Virus record (IMG/VR): IMGVR_UViG_3300017912_000738
Coordinates: 1-37,479 of that record
Length of the DNA: 37,479 bases
Direction: 5' to 3' (one strand)
Source: a virus
Lineage: Duplodnaviria > Caudoviricetes
Part shown: piece by piece, positions 17,813 to 26,762 of the stretch
Layout of the letters: every line of letters starts with the position of its first letter
Position numbering within the stretch: position 1 is the first letter of the stretch
Made by a program: the position numbers and the translations under genes
Notes under the pieces: model-generated
Seen by the model: only the letters and a program-made list of their open reading frames with translations
Database searches by the model: none
Told to the model about the DNA's origin: nothing

Positions 17813-18251
17813 TTGTGGCTACCGCACTGGCGGTGTAGGCTTTGTTAGCGACGAATGGTCAGATGTAGAGGATCTACCAGTATTCACAGAAGGCGGCGTT
17901 GACGTCGCTGTTCTTATGGATCTGATCAAAAGCGTTGGCGATGTAAAGCACATCTACATCGAGAGGCAGCAACCCATGCCGAAGCAAGGTGTCAGCTCGA
18001 CTTTCAAATTAGGTTACGCGTTTGGACAAATTATTTCTACTTGCGTCTTATCGGAGTTTCCACATACGATAGTCGCACCCTCAGCTTGGAAGAAAGCTCT
18101 GGCACTACCAAAAGATAAAGACGCAGCAAGACGTCTGGCGCAGCAATGGTATCCACATCTGACGCCACAACTACAAAGAAAAAAAGACGAACATCGGGCA
18201 GAAAGTATATTGATAGCACACTATGGAAGGACAAGGACTTGGCCAAAATAA
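17796..18251 (+). CDS. RuvC-like Holliday junction resolvase
   Basis: IIGID.G..GG, YIERQ.PMP.QGVSSTFKLG, PSAWKK, E..AESILIA. Confidence 0.85.
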   Translation: MIIGIDCGYRTGGVGFVSDEWSDVEDLPVFTEGGVDVAVLMDLIKSVGDVKHIYIERQQPMPKQGVSSTFKLGYAFGQIISTCVLSEFPHTIVAPSAWKKALALPKDKDAARRLAQQWYPHLTPQLQRKKDEHRAESILIAHYGRTRTWPK

Positions 18252-19033
18252 AAAGCATTTCAAATGCGGAGTACCACAGTAGCCCCGCATTGAGCGCTTC
18301 CGGCGGTAAGGTAATAGCTTACGAAAGCTTAGCAGATTTCAAGCATGGCGAGAGAGAAACGACGCGAGCGATGCTTCAAGGAACCGCAACACATACTTTC
18401 GTGTTCGAGCCTGATAAAGCTGACACCGTGTTGCACACCGATGCACGCGCTAACTCAAATGCATACAAGGAGCTACTAGCCGAGGCTGAGGAGGCCGGAG
18501 GCGTGCTTCTAACGACCAAAGAGTACGATGTAGCCCGTAGGTCAGCCGAAGCGGTTCGAGCTAATCCTGACGCGGCTGAGCTGCTTAGCGGAGATCTTTT
18601 AGTCGAGCAAAGTATTTTTGCACACGACGCCATTTACAATGTAGACGTGCGTATCCGTCCAGACGGATGGCGCAAGGACATAGCAACACTCCTTGACCTA
18701 AAAACGACGGTCGATCCATCACCGGAGGGTTTTGCTAAAGCTACAGCAAATTTTGCCTATCATTTTCAAGACCAGTTTTATCGGCGGGTCATGATGATAG
18801 CAGAGCAAGAGGTAGATAGATTTGTATTTATCTGCGTAGGAAAGAAAGCCCCGTTTAAAGTTGGGGTCTATGAACTTAGCAGCCAATCGCTCAGAGAGGG
18901 CGCTGCGGCTGTCGAGTATGCACTGGAGAAGTATTCCAATGCATTAAAAACTGACGTCTGGGACTATGAGTTCGGCAAAACGCAAACTGTCGAAATCCCC
19001 CGTTGGGCGTTTAAATTTACACAAGGCGAATAA
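18239..19033 (+). CDS. RecE/exonuclease VIII-like PD-(D/E)XK nuclease
   Basis: SNAEYH...LSAS, M.QGTATH...EP, RIRPD...DLKTT, YHFQ..FY. Start uncertain (TTG 18239 preferred over 18146). Confidence 0.85.
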   Translation: MAKIKSISNAEYHSSPALSASGGKVIAYESLADFKHGERETTRAMLQGTATHTFVFEPDKADTVLHTDARANSNAYKELLAEAEEAGGVLLTTKEYDVARRSAEAVRANPDAAELLSGDLLVEQSIFAHDAIYNVDVRIRPDGWRKDIATLLDLKTTVDPSPEGFAKATANFAYHFQDQFYRRVMMIAEQEVDRFVFICVGKKAPFKVGVYELSSQSLREGAAAVEYALEKYSNALKTDVWDYEFGKTQTVEIPRWAFKFTQGE

Positions 19034-19048
19034 GACAAGGAGTCAATT

Positions 19049-19636
19049 ATGCCAATATCATTTACTGAAGAAACAACTGGTGCAAATCAATACATCAGGG
19101 TCCACACCCCGCAAAATAAATGGAGCGTGGTTACGACCGAAAAGGAAGTCGTCGAGTTTGACGTGTCAAAAGGCATGGCAATCGACATCAAAAACGTGAC
19201 GTTTGGATGGCTTGCAATCGACAAGGGGTTTCGCGATTGGCAGCCGTGGCCGTCACCATCTCAGAGAACGACTAAGCCTGAAGGCTCGGTCGAATATAAA
19301 AACGGCTTCGAGGTAGAGGTCTATGTTCCTAAGCATGGTCACGCTACCTTCTCAAGCAACACAATGGCTGTTGGTAATTTTATAGCAGCCGTGTACAATA
19401 GAGTAGAAAACGAGGCAGAGTTTTCTACAGGTAAGGTTCCTGTCGTTAAGGTTACTGGGTCATCTCCCATTGTAACAGCGACAGGTAACACTACTTATGA
19501 TATTGGGTTTGTCGTCGATAAATGGATCGAGATGCCCAGTAGGGAAGAGTCCGAATCAACCCCTGTTTCCCAGAAAGCCGAAGAAGCCAAATCGGTTCCC
19601 ACTTCTCCGGCTGACAAAGACGAGGACTTTTTCTAA
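19049..19636 (+). CDS. Single-stranded DNA-binding protein (putative)
   Basis: Beta-rich core, disordered linker, acidic-aromatic tail DKDEDFF. Lies between the exonuclease and the primase. Confidence 0.6.
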   Translation: MPISFTEETTGANQYIRVHTPQNKWSVVTTEKEVVEFDVSKGMAIDIKNVTFGWLAIDKGFRDWQPWPSPSQRTTKPEGSVEYKNGFEVEVYVPKHGHATFSSNTMAVGNFIAAVYNRVENEAEFSTGKVPVVKVTGSSPIVTATGNTTYDIGFVVDKWIEMPSREESESTPVSQKAEEAKSVPTSPADKDEDFF

Positions 19637-19641
19637 ACACT

Positions 19642-19682
19642 TGGCGCTCCGTTTTGTCATGGTAACGGGGCGCCATTTTTTT
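19642..19682 (+). terminator. Rho-independent terminator
   Basis: TGGCGCTCCGTT/AACGGGGCGCCA stem plus T7. Confidence 0.8.
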
Positions 19683-19699
19683 CAAACAGGGGTTTATAA

Positions 19700-21901
19700 A
19701 TGAGCGAAGCATATTTTAACAAAGTTAGGGAGAGCGCCGTTAGCGACGTTATCGCAGCCTTCAAAGGTGGCCGTAACGAAACGCTCAATAAGGCAGCTTA
19801 CACGCTAGGAAGGCACGCGCATCTGGGCGCAAATGTCATCGATTTAGCTATCACAGATTTACATACCGCAGCCAAAAGCATCGGCTTAAACGAGGTCGAG
19901 ATCAAAGCAACAATTGGATCAGGTTTCAAACGCGGCGGCGAAAATCCAAAGATATTAGAAAACAGCGATACCGTCCCATATACATCGAGCGAGTTCGATA
20001 GGCTTGTGGGTCGGTTGGCGCAAAAGGAAATGCTTGTCCGTGACGAGGAAACACGGCAAGACAAAATTAAAAAGGCAAGAGAGGTATGGGAAAGAGCCGT
20101 ACCGATTAGCCGAGAAAATAAAGACGCAATCAGACCGGCGCTACTATATCTAAACTCTCGGTCGCTCAGAGCGTCTACAGCCACGAATATAGCGAGGTTT
20201 AGTCCAAACGTATATGACGGACCCGCAATCATCTTTCCCGCTCTGAACGAGCTTGGAGAGGTTCAGGGCGTGCAATCCGTATTGCTAACGATGGACGGCA
20301 AGAAGCGCGAGCATAACGGCATCAATAAATATAGCCGAGGCGTCATAGCGGGTAACGTTATGCGGATCGGCGACGAACATGATGGAGCGGCTATCATTAT
20401 GGTCGAAGGACCGGAAGACGCTCTATCGATACATCAGGTTACCAAAGACCACGTCGAGGCTGCTATCGTGTGTACATTTGGTAAGGCGGGGATGCAGACG
20501 TACAACGTCCCACGAGCCTCAGACGTAACCATTTGTGCAGATCCCGACCTTGACGTCGAGAAATGTGCAGAGGTTCTCAGGGGCGACGGTAGCACGTCTG
20601 TGTCGGTAGTCAGGTTTGATAGCTTAGGCGTCGAGAACGTCAAAGATGCAAACGACTACTTAAAGGAAGCCGGAGAGGACAAGTTGAGGCAAGCCCTCTC
20701 CGGCGCCAAAAGCGTAGAACAGGTAAAGCAAGAAGCTATCGAGTCGGAGCGTCAGTGGCCGACGCCGTTCGATCCAATCGATCCGGCGAGCATACCTAAG
20801 CGGCGTTGGATCTATGCTAGGCACTACATCAGATCAAATGTCAGTGTATTAGCGTCAGCCGGTGGCGTCGGTAAGACATCGATGCAAACGGTCGAAGCGC
20901 TTGCCATTGTGACAGGTAAACCGCTACTTGAGGAACGCGTTGTAGAGCCTTGTAATGTCTGGCTGATTAACCTCGAAGACCCTATGGAAGAGATGCAGAG
21001 ACGGCTCGCTGCGGCGATGATACATTACGAGATCAAAGCCGACGAGGTTCGAGGTAAGCTGTTCCTCGATGCCGGTCGAGACTTGCAAATTATTTTCGCA
21101 AAGCAATCGAGAGACGGGCTAGACGTTGACGAAGAGCTGCGAGACTACATGGCCAATAAAATAAAAGATAATAATATTGGTCTGGTCATTGTGGACCCGT
21201 GGGTCGGCGCCAATCACATCAACGAAAATGACAATATGGCAATGAACGCGGCGGTGGCAAGCGTCAGAAAGATAGCCGACGAAACGGATTGCGCGTTCGT
21301 CTTAACACATCACATCCGTAAGGGTAACGGCGACGACGCGACCGTTGATAGTATCAGGGGCGCAGGGTCGCTCATCGGTGCAGCTCGTGCGGCGAGGGTC
21401 ATTAATAAGGTAACTCAGGAAGACGCATTGAAACTGGGCGTCAGCGAAAGCGAGGCGTTGGGTATATTCAGGATAGACGACGGCAAAGCTAACCTAGCTC
21501 CTCCCGCAGAAAAGGCTCTGTACAGGCGCATGGTGGGCGTGCAGCTACCTAACGAGGAATATGTGGGTGTAGCTGTACCGTTTAAAATGCCTGACTTGTT
21601 CGACGGCGTGACAACAAAAGATGCTCGCAAGGTTCAGCAACTGGCAGCCGAAGCCGAGAAAAACGAAGACCCGTATCGTCAATCGATGCAAGCTAAAAAC
21701 TGGATCGGCGTGGCCGTCGCTGAGACGCTCGGTCTGGATCTCGAAAAGCGTCACGAAAAAGCTAAGGCGAAAGCTATCGTCAAGCAGTGGATCGAGACAG
21801 ACGTGCTAAGGCTCGATCAATTTATGAGCAAGCGTCACGGTCGAGAGGTTCCGGTCGTTATTGCCGGTACAATCATAACAAGAGAGGAAGCGGGGCTATG
21901 A
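19700..21901 (+). CDS. Primase-helicase (TOPRIM plus RepA/AAA_25-type helicase)
   Basis: VEGPEDAL, ICADPD, KDAND TOPRIM motifs. Walker A GGVGKT, Walker B LVIVDP, THHIRK, RGAGSL...AR. Confidence 0.92.
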   Translation: MSEAYFNKVRESAVSDVIAAFKGGRNETLNKAAYTLGRHAHLGANVIDLAITDLHTAAKSIGLNEVEIKATIGSGFKRGGENPKILENSDTVPYTSSEFDRLVGRLAQKEMLVRDEETRQDKIKKAREVWERAVPISRENKDAIRPALLYLNSRSLRASTATNIARFSPNVYDGPAIIFPALNELGEVQGVQSVLLTMDGKKREHNGINKYSRGVIAGNVMRIGDEHDGAAIIMVEGPEDALSIHQVTKDHVEAAIVCTFGKAGMQTYNVPRASDVTICADPDLDVEKCAEVLRGDGSTSVSVVRFDSLGVENVKDANDYLKEAGEDKLRQALSGAKSVEQVKQEAIESERQWPTPFDPIDPASIPKRRWIYARHYIRSNVSVLASAGGVGKTSMQTVEALAIVTGKPLLEERVVEPCNVWLINLEDPMEEMQRRLAAAMIHYEIKADEVRGKLFLDAGRDLQIIFAKQSRDGLDVDEELRDYMANKIKDNNIGLVIVDPWVGANHINENDNMAMNAAVASVRKIADETDCAFVLTHHIRKGNGDDATVDSIRGAGSLIGAARAARVINKVTQEDALKLGVSESEALGIFRIDDGKANLAPPAEKALYRRMVGVQLPNEEYVGVAVPFKMPDLFDGVTTKDARKVQQLAAEAEKNEDPYRQSMQAKNWIGVAVAETLGLDLEKRHEKAKAKAIVKQWIETDVLRLDQFMSKRHGREVPVVIAGTIITREEAGL

Positions 21902-22149
21902 GCAAGCACAGTCTAAAGTCTAAGCGCAGACATCCAGACGCTCCACGAGAGCGCATTACAGTGGGTCACATAACGTTCGAGATGTGTCCGGTTAACGCAA
22001 CATTTGCGCTCATAGCCGGTGATGCTGTACAATCAAAAGATAGGCGACCGCTATTCTCAGGGTTTATAGAGCCAGATATGGAAGCAGAATTACGACGGGT
22101 AGCCTTTAGATTTAAATCAATACTTGAGGCTAAAAATGAACGAAGCTGA
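21898..22149 (+). CDS. Hypothetical protein
   Basis: ATGA overlap with the primase stop supports a start at 21898. Confidence 0.65.
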   Translation: MSKHSLKSKRRHPDAPRERITVGHITFEMCPVNATFALIAGDAVQSKDRRPLFSGFIEPDMEAELRRVAFRFKSILEAKNERS

Positions 22150-22360
22150 AGAAAATATTATCGGTCAAATCGTTTTCGACGAAGAGGCGGGGTTCCTTAT
22201 CGAGTGGAACAAAAACGAAATAAAGCTAGACGATCCAGATAAGTGGGAGGAGATAGCCTACGCTCTGGACGTCTGTCAGTCGGTCATGGAGGAGCTTATT
22301 GTGATGCACAACTTGCTCAAAGTTATGATGGAAAAGGGTAGCAATGTTACAATTCATTAA
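22136..22360 (+). CDS. Hypothetical acidic protein
   Basis: GAGG RBS before ATG 22136. Confidence 0.65.
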   Translation: MNEAEENIIGQIVFDEEAGFLIEWNKNEIKLDDPDKWEEIAYALDVCQSVMEELIVMHNLLKVMMEKGSNVTIH

Positions 22361-22361
22361 T

Positions 22362-22500
22362 CTTCCACACTTCCGCACTACAGGTGTGGAAAGGTGTGTA
22401 AGGTGTGGAGAATATGCGATAAAACCTTCCACCACACCACTACGCCTATATAGGGCGTGGTGTGGGGGTGGTTCGCATCGTGGTCAATTTAAAGTGTGGA
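22362..22500. repeat. Iteron-like GTGTGG repeats plus hairpin, candidate replication origin
   Basis: TTCCACACT/TTCCGCACT, AGGTGTGGAA/AGGTGTGTAA/GGTGTGGAG, and a CACACC..ACGCC-TATATAG-GGCGT.GGTGTG inverted repeat in the intergenic gap after the primase operon. Confidence 0.6.
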
Positions 22501-22507
22501 GAAAGAT

Positions 22508-23101
22508 ATGAAAAAAAGAATAACTACTAATCGAGCAAAGCGTCAGAGGAGAGATGTCCTTGGTAATGTTGAGGAAGAGGGCGACACAATCAACGCAGCC
22601 GTCTATGGTCAGCTTCTACCTCTGGATAAGATAGCAAGAGATAAGGTCGAGAAATGGGGCGATAGATTACCGTCTCTCGTTAGCCCAGAAACAGCCGGTA
22701 AGTTTGAGGCTGCTTACGAGGCTCTCGGTGAAGCTGTAAAAAGTAATGACGTTATGAGAACTCACAAGTTAGCCGGTCAGCTCATGAGAGGTTGGCAAGT
22801 GTTGGAAGACGAAGCAATGGCTAACGGTCATGAGCCTCTACATGGAGACGCCTATTGCGTCGAGATGGAAGAAGGTGACATCGTTTGCTTCGCTCTTAAT
22901 GAGGTCAGAAAAATACGAGAGCAAAATCCAACGTGGACAGTTTACAGCTTCGAAGACGCTGCGAGAGTTCTTCGAGAGGACTTTACGTCAAGGTTCCTCG
23001 ATAATGCTTTCAATACTTTTCCCAATGCAAAAGTAACAGAAGTAATTAGAAATGGTGAGCCAGATTTAAACTGGGCAATAGGAGATGAAATACCGTGGTA
23101 A
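22508..23101 (+). CDS. Conserved phage hypothetical protein (replication-associated), ends GDEIPW
   Basis: KWG..RLP.LVS.E...KF motif, FP.AKV, SSB-like DEIPW tail. GGAGG RBS. Confidence 0.75.
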   Translation: MKKRITTNRAKRQRRDVLGNVEEEGDTINAAVYGQLLPLDKIARDKVEKWGDRLPSLVSPETAGKFEAAYEALGEAVKSNDVMRTHKLAGQLMRGWQVLEDEAMANGHEPLHGDAYCVEMEEGDIVCFALNEVRKIREQNPTWTVYSFEDAARVLREDFTSRFLDNAFNTFPNAKVTEVIRNGEPDLNWAIGDEIPW

Positions 23102-23103
23102 AA

Positions 23104-23373
23104 ATGAATAGAGATGAGATCCTGAAAGAAGCAATGCGGATCATTAACACTGATCGAAACGCTGATTATGGAGACGCTAAAGAGAACTTCGATAATACAG
23201 CTCAATTCTGGTCGGCTTACACTGGCCACGAATACAATGCGGTCGATGTTGCAGTTATGATGATGCTTGTTAAAATATCCAGAATTAGAGTATCACCGGA
23301 TAAAGCGGATCACTTCGTTGATCTGTGTGGATACGCAAGCTTATGTGGAGAGATTAGTTCCAATGGTGGGTGA
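23104..23373 (+). CDS. DUF6378-like protein (dATP/dGTP diphosphohydrolase-like helical family)
   Basis: IL.EA..II..DR...YGD...NF...A..WS.Y...DVA.MM.L.K.SR...D..VD.CGYA. Confidence 0.75.
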   Translation: MNRDEILKEAMRIINTDRNADYGDAKENFDNTAQFWSAYTGHEYNAVDVAVMMMLVKISRIRVSPDKADHFVDLCGYASLCGEISSNGG

Positions 23374-23797
23374 AGTAGGAAAAGCTAAGATAGCTGCAAT
23401 GGAAGAAATGGGAGAGGATAAGATCCTCGAACGTGTATCAACTGGAACATCAATTAGGACTTTGATGAAAGAGTTTGATGTTGGTTACAAGCTTTTTGGT
23501 ATTTGGCTTGATAGCGCTGAAGGTAGGCGAGGTCGCTACGAAGCAGCGCAACACGAAGCCGGACATTTTTACGCTGAGCGTGCCGTTGATACGGCTCAAA
23601 ACGCTCAGCCCGAAGACGTCAATGTTTCGCGTCTCAAGGTCGATACCGATAAGTGGATGGCGTCAAAGATGAACGCAAAGTATGACACGAGACAGAGAGA
23701 CGTCGCAATCAATATCAGTGTTAACGATTTGCACGCTCAAGCGGCGCAGTTACTTGAGAATGTTATCGAAGGTGAGGCGGAAGAAGTTGAACGTTGA
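23363..23797 (+). CDS. Terminase small subunit-like protein
   Basis: HTH-like N-terminus and RLKVDTDKWMASK....Y motif, directly upstream of terL. GGAG RBS at 23347. Confidence 0.7.
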   Translation: MVGEVGKAKIAAMEEMGEDKILERVSTGTSIRTLMKEFDVGYKLFGIWLDSAEGRRGRYEAAQHEAGHFYAERAVDTAQNAQPEDVNVSRLKVDTDKWMASKMNAKYDTRQRDVAINISVNDLHAQAAQLLENVIEGEAEEVER

Positions 23798-23818
23798 TTT
23801 TACAGATCAATTCACAGT

Positions 23819-23843
23819 CGCGTGCGTGCGCGTGCGCGTGCCG
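23819..23843. repeat. GC-rich alternating purine-pyrimidine tract
   Basis: CGCGTGCGTGCGCGTGCGCGTGCCG in the terS-terL gap. Confidence 0.7.
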
Positions 23844-23917
23844 CAAAGCAGCGATTCTGTCAAGTTTTTTCGTAAATTCTTTCGCAAGTGCAGCAAAATA
23901 AGGGAAAACGGCTCAAT

Positions 23918-23945
23918 AATTAACATAATACGTATTATGCGAATC
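23918..23945 (-). other. dif-like XerC/XerD recombination site
   Basis: Minus strand GATTCGCATAA-TACGTA-TTATGTTAATT versus E. coli dif GGTGCGCATAA-TGTATA-TTATGTTAAAT. XerC arm 9/11, XerD arm 10/11, exact 11-6-11 layout, intergenic. Confidence 0.8.
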
Positions 23946-24048
23946 CGATTATTCTGCGTTGCAGCATTTGACCCCCCCCTTTTTCTAGCAAGTCGGTGCA
24001 AAAGCCAATGACCTCAAAACACACACACGCCCCCAAATGGAGAAAAAC

Positions 24049-25467
24049 ATGAACGCCCCAATAGACAACCCGTTTTTAAAATTGATGAAACGATACCGCT
24101 CCGATCCTGTTTTATTTTCCAGAGAGGTGATCGGAATAAATCCTGACGATTGGCAGTGTGAGCTGCTTCGAGCGGTAGCAGATCCAGAGATAAGACGTGT
24201 CAGTTGCAGGTCGGGCCACGGGGTCGGGAAGAGTACGGCTGTAGCTCTTGCGGCCGTGTGGCACGTTTTGATGCGGGTTCCTTCGAAGACGGTTGTAACG
24301 GCCCCTACGTCGGCTCAGCTTTTTGACGCTTGTTTTGCTGAAATGAAAAATATCGCCAAGCGCCTGAAAGCCCCTTTTGACGATTTACTGGAGATTAAAA
24401 GCGACCGCATTGAGCTGAGAAGTCAGCCAGAGACGACGTTTATTTCGTGTAGAACTTCGAGACAGGAGCAGCCGGAAGCGCTTGCGGGAGTCCATGCGGA
24501 CTCGGTGCTTTTGTTGGCTGACGAGGCGAGCGGAATTTCACCGAATATATTTGAGGCGGCAAGTGGTTCGATGTCGGGGCATAATGCGACGACCGTTTTG
24601 ACGGGCAACCCGACGCGTAATACGGGCTTTTTTTATGATACTCATAATCGGCTAAAAGATGACTGGTATACGATGCATGTGAGCTGCGTTGATAGCCCCC
24701 GCGTTGCTGACGATTTTGTCGAGGACATGAAAAAACGATATTCCGAGGATAGCCCCGCGTATCATGTTCGCGTGCTTGGAAATTTTCCTCCGTCCGAGGA
24801 GGACACTGTTATTCCTGTTGCGTTGATCGATCAGGCAATGAACAACGACATTAAGGTTCACGAGGACACACCGGCCATATGGGGGCTTGATGTGGCTCGA
24901 CAAGGCTCTGATAGCTCGGTTTTAGCGAAGCGACAGGGTCCGATTGTGCATCCGTTGACGGTTTGGCGTAACCTCGATTTGATGCAGCTCACTGGCGCTG
25001 TAAAGGCTGAATATGATGCTATAGATAATCCGGCCAAGCGACCTGTTGAGATAATCGTCGATTCAAATGGTTTTGGCGCCGGTGTGTTGGATCGATTGCG
25101 CGAGCTAGATTTACCGGCCAGAGGTTTAAATGTGTCTGAGCGTGCGCTCCAGAAGGAGACGTATTTAAATTTGCGAGCTGAGCTATGGTTTAAGATTAAG
25201 TCGTGGTTAGAGGGTATGGACGTTAAGCTGCCCAAAGATGATGCGTTGTGGGCTGAGCTTGCGGCGCCACGGTATCATTTCACAAGCTCTGGCAAGCTTC
25301 AGGTTGAGAGCAAGGAGGCAATGAAAAAGAGAGGCGTTGCCTCTCCTGATAGGGCTGATGCTGTCGCGCTGTGCTTAGCTAACGTCCACACGACAATGGC
25401 TTATGGATCGAGCGCCACAAGTTCTTGGAGTAAGCCCTTGCGACGCGAGATCCGAGGTATTGTTTAG
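24049..25467 (+). CDS. terL: Terminase large subunit
   Basis: Walker A SGHGVGKS, Walker B LLLADEA, TGNP, nuclease GLDVAR.G.D and SPDRADA. Confidence 0.95.
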   Translation: MNAPIDNPFLKLMKRYRSDPVLFSREVIGINPDDWQCELLRAVADPEIRRVSCRSGHGVGKSTAVALAAVWHVLMRVPSKTVVTAPTSAQLFDACFAEMKNIAKRLKAPFDDLLEIKSDRIELRSQPETTFISCRTSRQEQPEALAGVHADSVLLLADEASGISPNIFEAASGSMSGHNATTVLTGNPTRNTGFFYDTHNRLKDDWYTMHVSCVDSPRVADDFVEDMKKRYSEDSPAYHVRVLGNFPPSEEDTVIPVALIDQAMNNDIKVHEDTPAIWGLDVARQGSDSSVLAKRQGPIVHPLTVWRNLDLMQLTGAVKAEYDAIDNPAKRPVEIIVDSNGFGAGVLDRLRELDLPARGLNVSERALQKETYLNLRAELWFKIKSWLEGMDVKLPKDDALWAELAAPRYHFTSSGKLQVESKEAMKKRGVASPDRADAVALCLANVHTTMAYGSSATSSWSKPLRREIRGIV

Positions 25468-26762
25468 TTTTGCAGACCTTTACGCCTCCTGTCTTTCTGG
25501 ACTTGTAAAACGTATTCGTGATTGATGATCCCTAGCTCTGGGTTGCCTACCACTTTAGGCTCGATCCAGATCTTTTTGATGACTTTACCTGTTTCGTCTC
25601 GATAGCGTCTTGGGTGACCTCTTCGAGCGTGTTGGCGCTTTGGAGATCCGTGGCCGGTAAATAGTTGGCCGTATACGTTTACGCCTTTTTTCGGTAGATC
25701 GATCTCGACAACTTTGATCTCGTTGCGAGGAACTCTCCGGCCCCATCTGATAGTGCTAACCTTTTTAGGCGCCGGTAAGACTGCGCTAACGTATCGAGGA
25801 TAGTTAAGCAGCGAAAACACGGCTACTAAGAAGCGCAGATCTCCGTCCATGCCGTGACCAAAGTTTTCTTTTATTTGATATTGCTCTTCTGGGGTAAACC
25901 TTGACACATCTCCCCACATACCAAAGCCGGACTCTGACGGGTAAAATCTGAAGTTTCTTGCGAAACGTTGAAGCGTTGGCATCCCTTCGTCGTCTTTGTG
26001 GAATTTGCTGTATGCGGTTCCTAAGCCGTATAAAAAATAGTCGTCGTGTTCTTGGCTTAGTGGATTTGCGTCGTTCAGGAAGCTCCACTCGTAAGCCGGA
26101 ATACCTATTTTTGCTGTATGCTTTTTGCCAGTTTTTGTGTCTGTCCTAGCGTCGCAAACGAAATTTACATAAGAGAAGCCATTATTGACGCGCTGAACAT
26201 GGTATCCAATGCGAGACGCGCAGTTATCTCTATTTGTGTCGGCTGCCAGTCCAAGCTTAGCAAACTCCTCCTGTAGAGCGTCAAATCGAGCAAGCTCGCT
26301 CCATTCGATCCATAGATTATCGAAGCATGGTATTGCTTTGGGCATGAGCTGCGCGAGGTATCGAGGATACGAAAACGATAGGGATACAGCCATTTTTACG
26401 AAGTTGTCGCTTAGCGTGAATTTCTCGGCGCTGATAAGCTGACGCTGTAGCTGCTTGATATTGAACTCTCCCTTTTTAGTTCTTTCGTAAGATAGAAAGC
26501 TAGACGATGGTACGGATAGACCGGCGACTATTTCGTTGTAGAGCGGTATGTCGGCTTTTGTTCTATCGACAATGTATCTGTGCTGTACGTCGTCGTAGGC
26601 GTGATCGACTAGGGTTCTCTGGTTGCCGTAGCCGAACTTTGGCGTTTCGTTTCTATCGAATAAACCTTTTACGGCATCTACGTTAAAAGTCGCTTTAGTA
26701 TCTTGCTTTTTGCCATGTGCTAGTTTTCTGCCTGAAAAATTTTTAGATCTTGGCTTAGCCAT
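25464..26762 (-). CDS. Early hypothetical protein with C-terminal H-x-R-R-G-H-x-R motif
   Basis: SPKRQHARRGHPRRY...IWIEPKVVG, strong AAGGAG RBS. Last gene of a leftward early operon. Confidence 0.8.
   Translation of the reverse strand: MAKPRSKNFSGRKLAHGKKQDTKATFNVDAVKGLFDRNETPKFGYGNQRTLVDHAYDDVQHRYIVDRTKADIPLYNEIVAGLSVPSSSFLSYERTKKGEFNIKQLQRQLISAEKFTLSDNFVKMAVSLSFSYPRYLAQLMPKAIPCFDNLWIEWSELARFDALQEEFAKLGLAADTNRDNCASRIGYHVQRVNNGFSYVNFVCDARTDTKTGKKHTAKIGIPAYEWSFLNDANPLSQEHDDYFLYGLGTAYSKFHKDDEGMPTLQRFARNFRFYPSESGFGMWGDVSRFTPEEQYQIKENFGHGMDGDLRFLVAVFSLLNYPRYVSAVLPAPKKVSTIRWGRRVPRNEIKVVEIDLPKKGVNVYGQLFTGHGSPKRQHARRGHPRRYRDETGKVIKKIWIEPKVVGNPELGIINHEYVLQVQKDRRRKGLQN

Noticed and set aside
23924-23939. 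Palindrome as a protelomerase (telRL) target
   Set aside because: It is only 16 bp, no protelomerase ORF is present, and the asymmetric outer arms fit XerC and XerD better
23682-24011. ORFs 23682-24011 (+) and 23807-24001 (-)
   Set aside because: They translate low-complexity regulatory DNA, lack an RBS and span the dif-like site
19798-25235. Antisense ORFs within the primase-helicase and terL
   Set aside because: Shadow frames with no independent support
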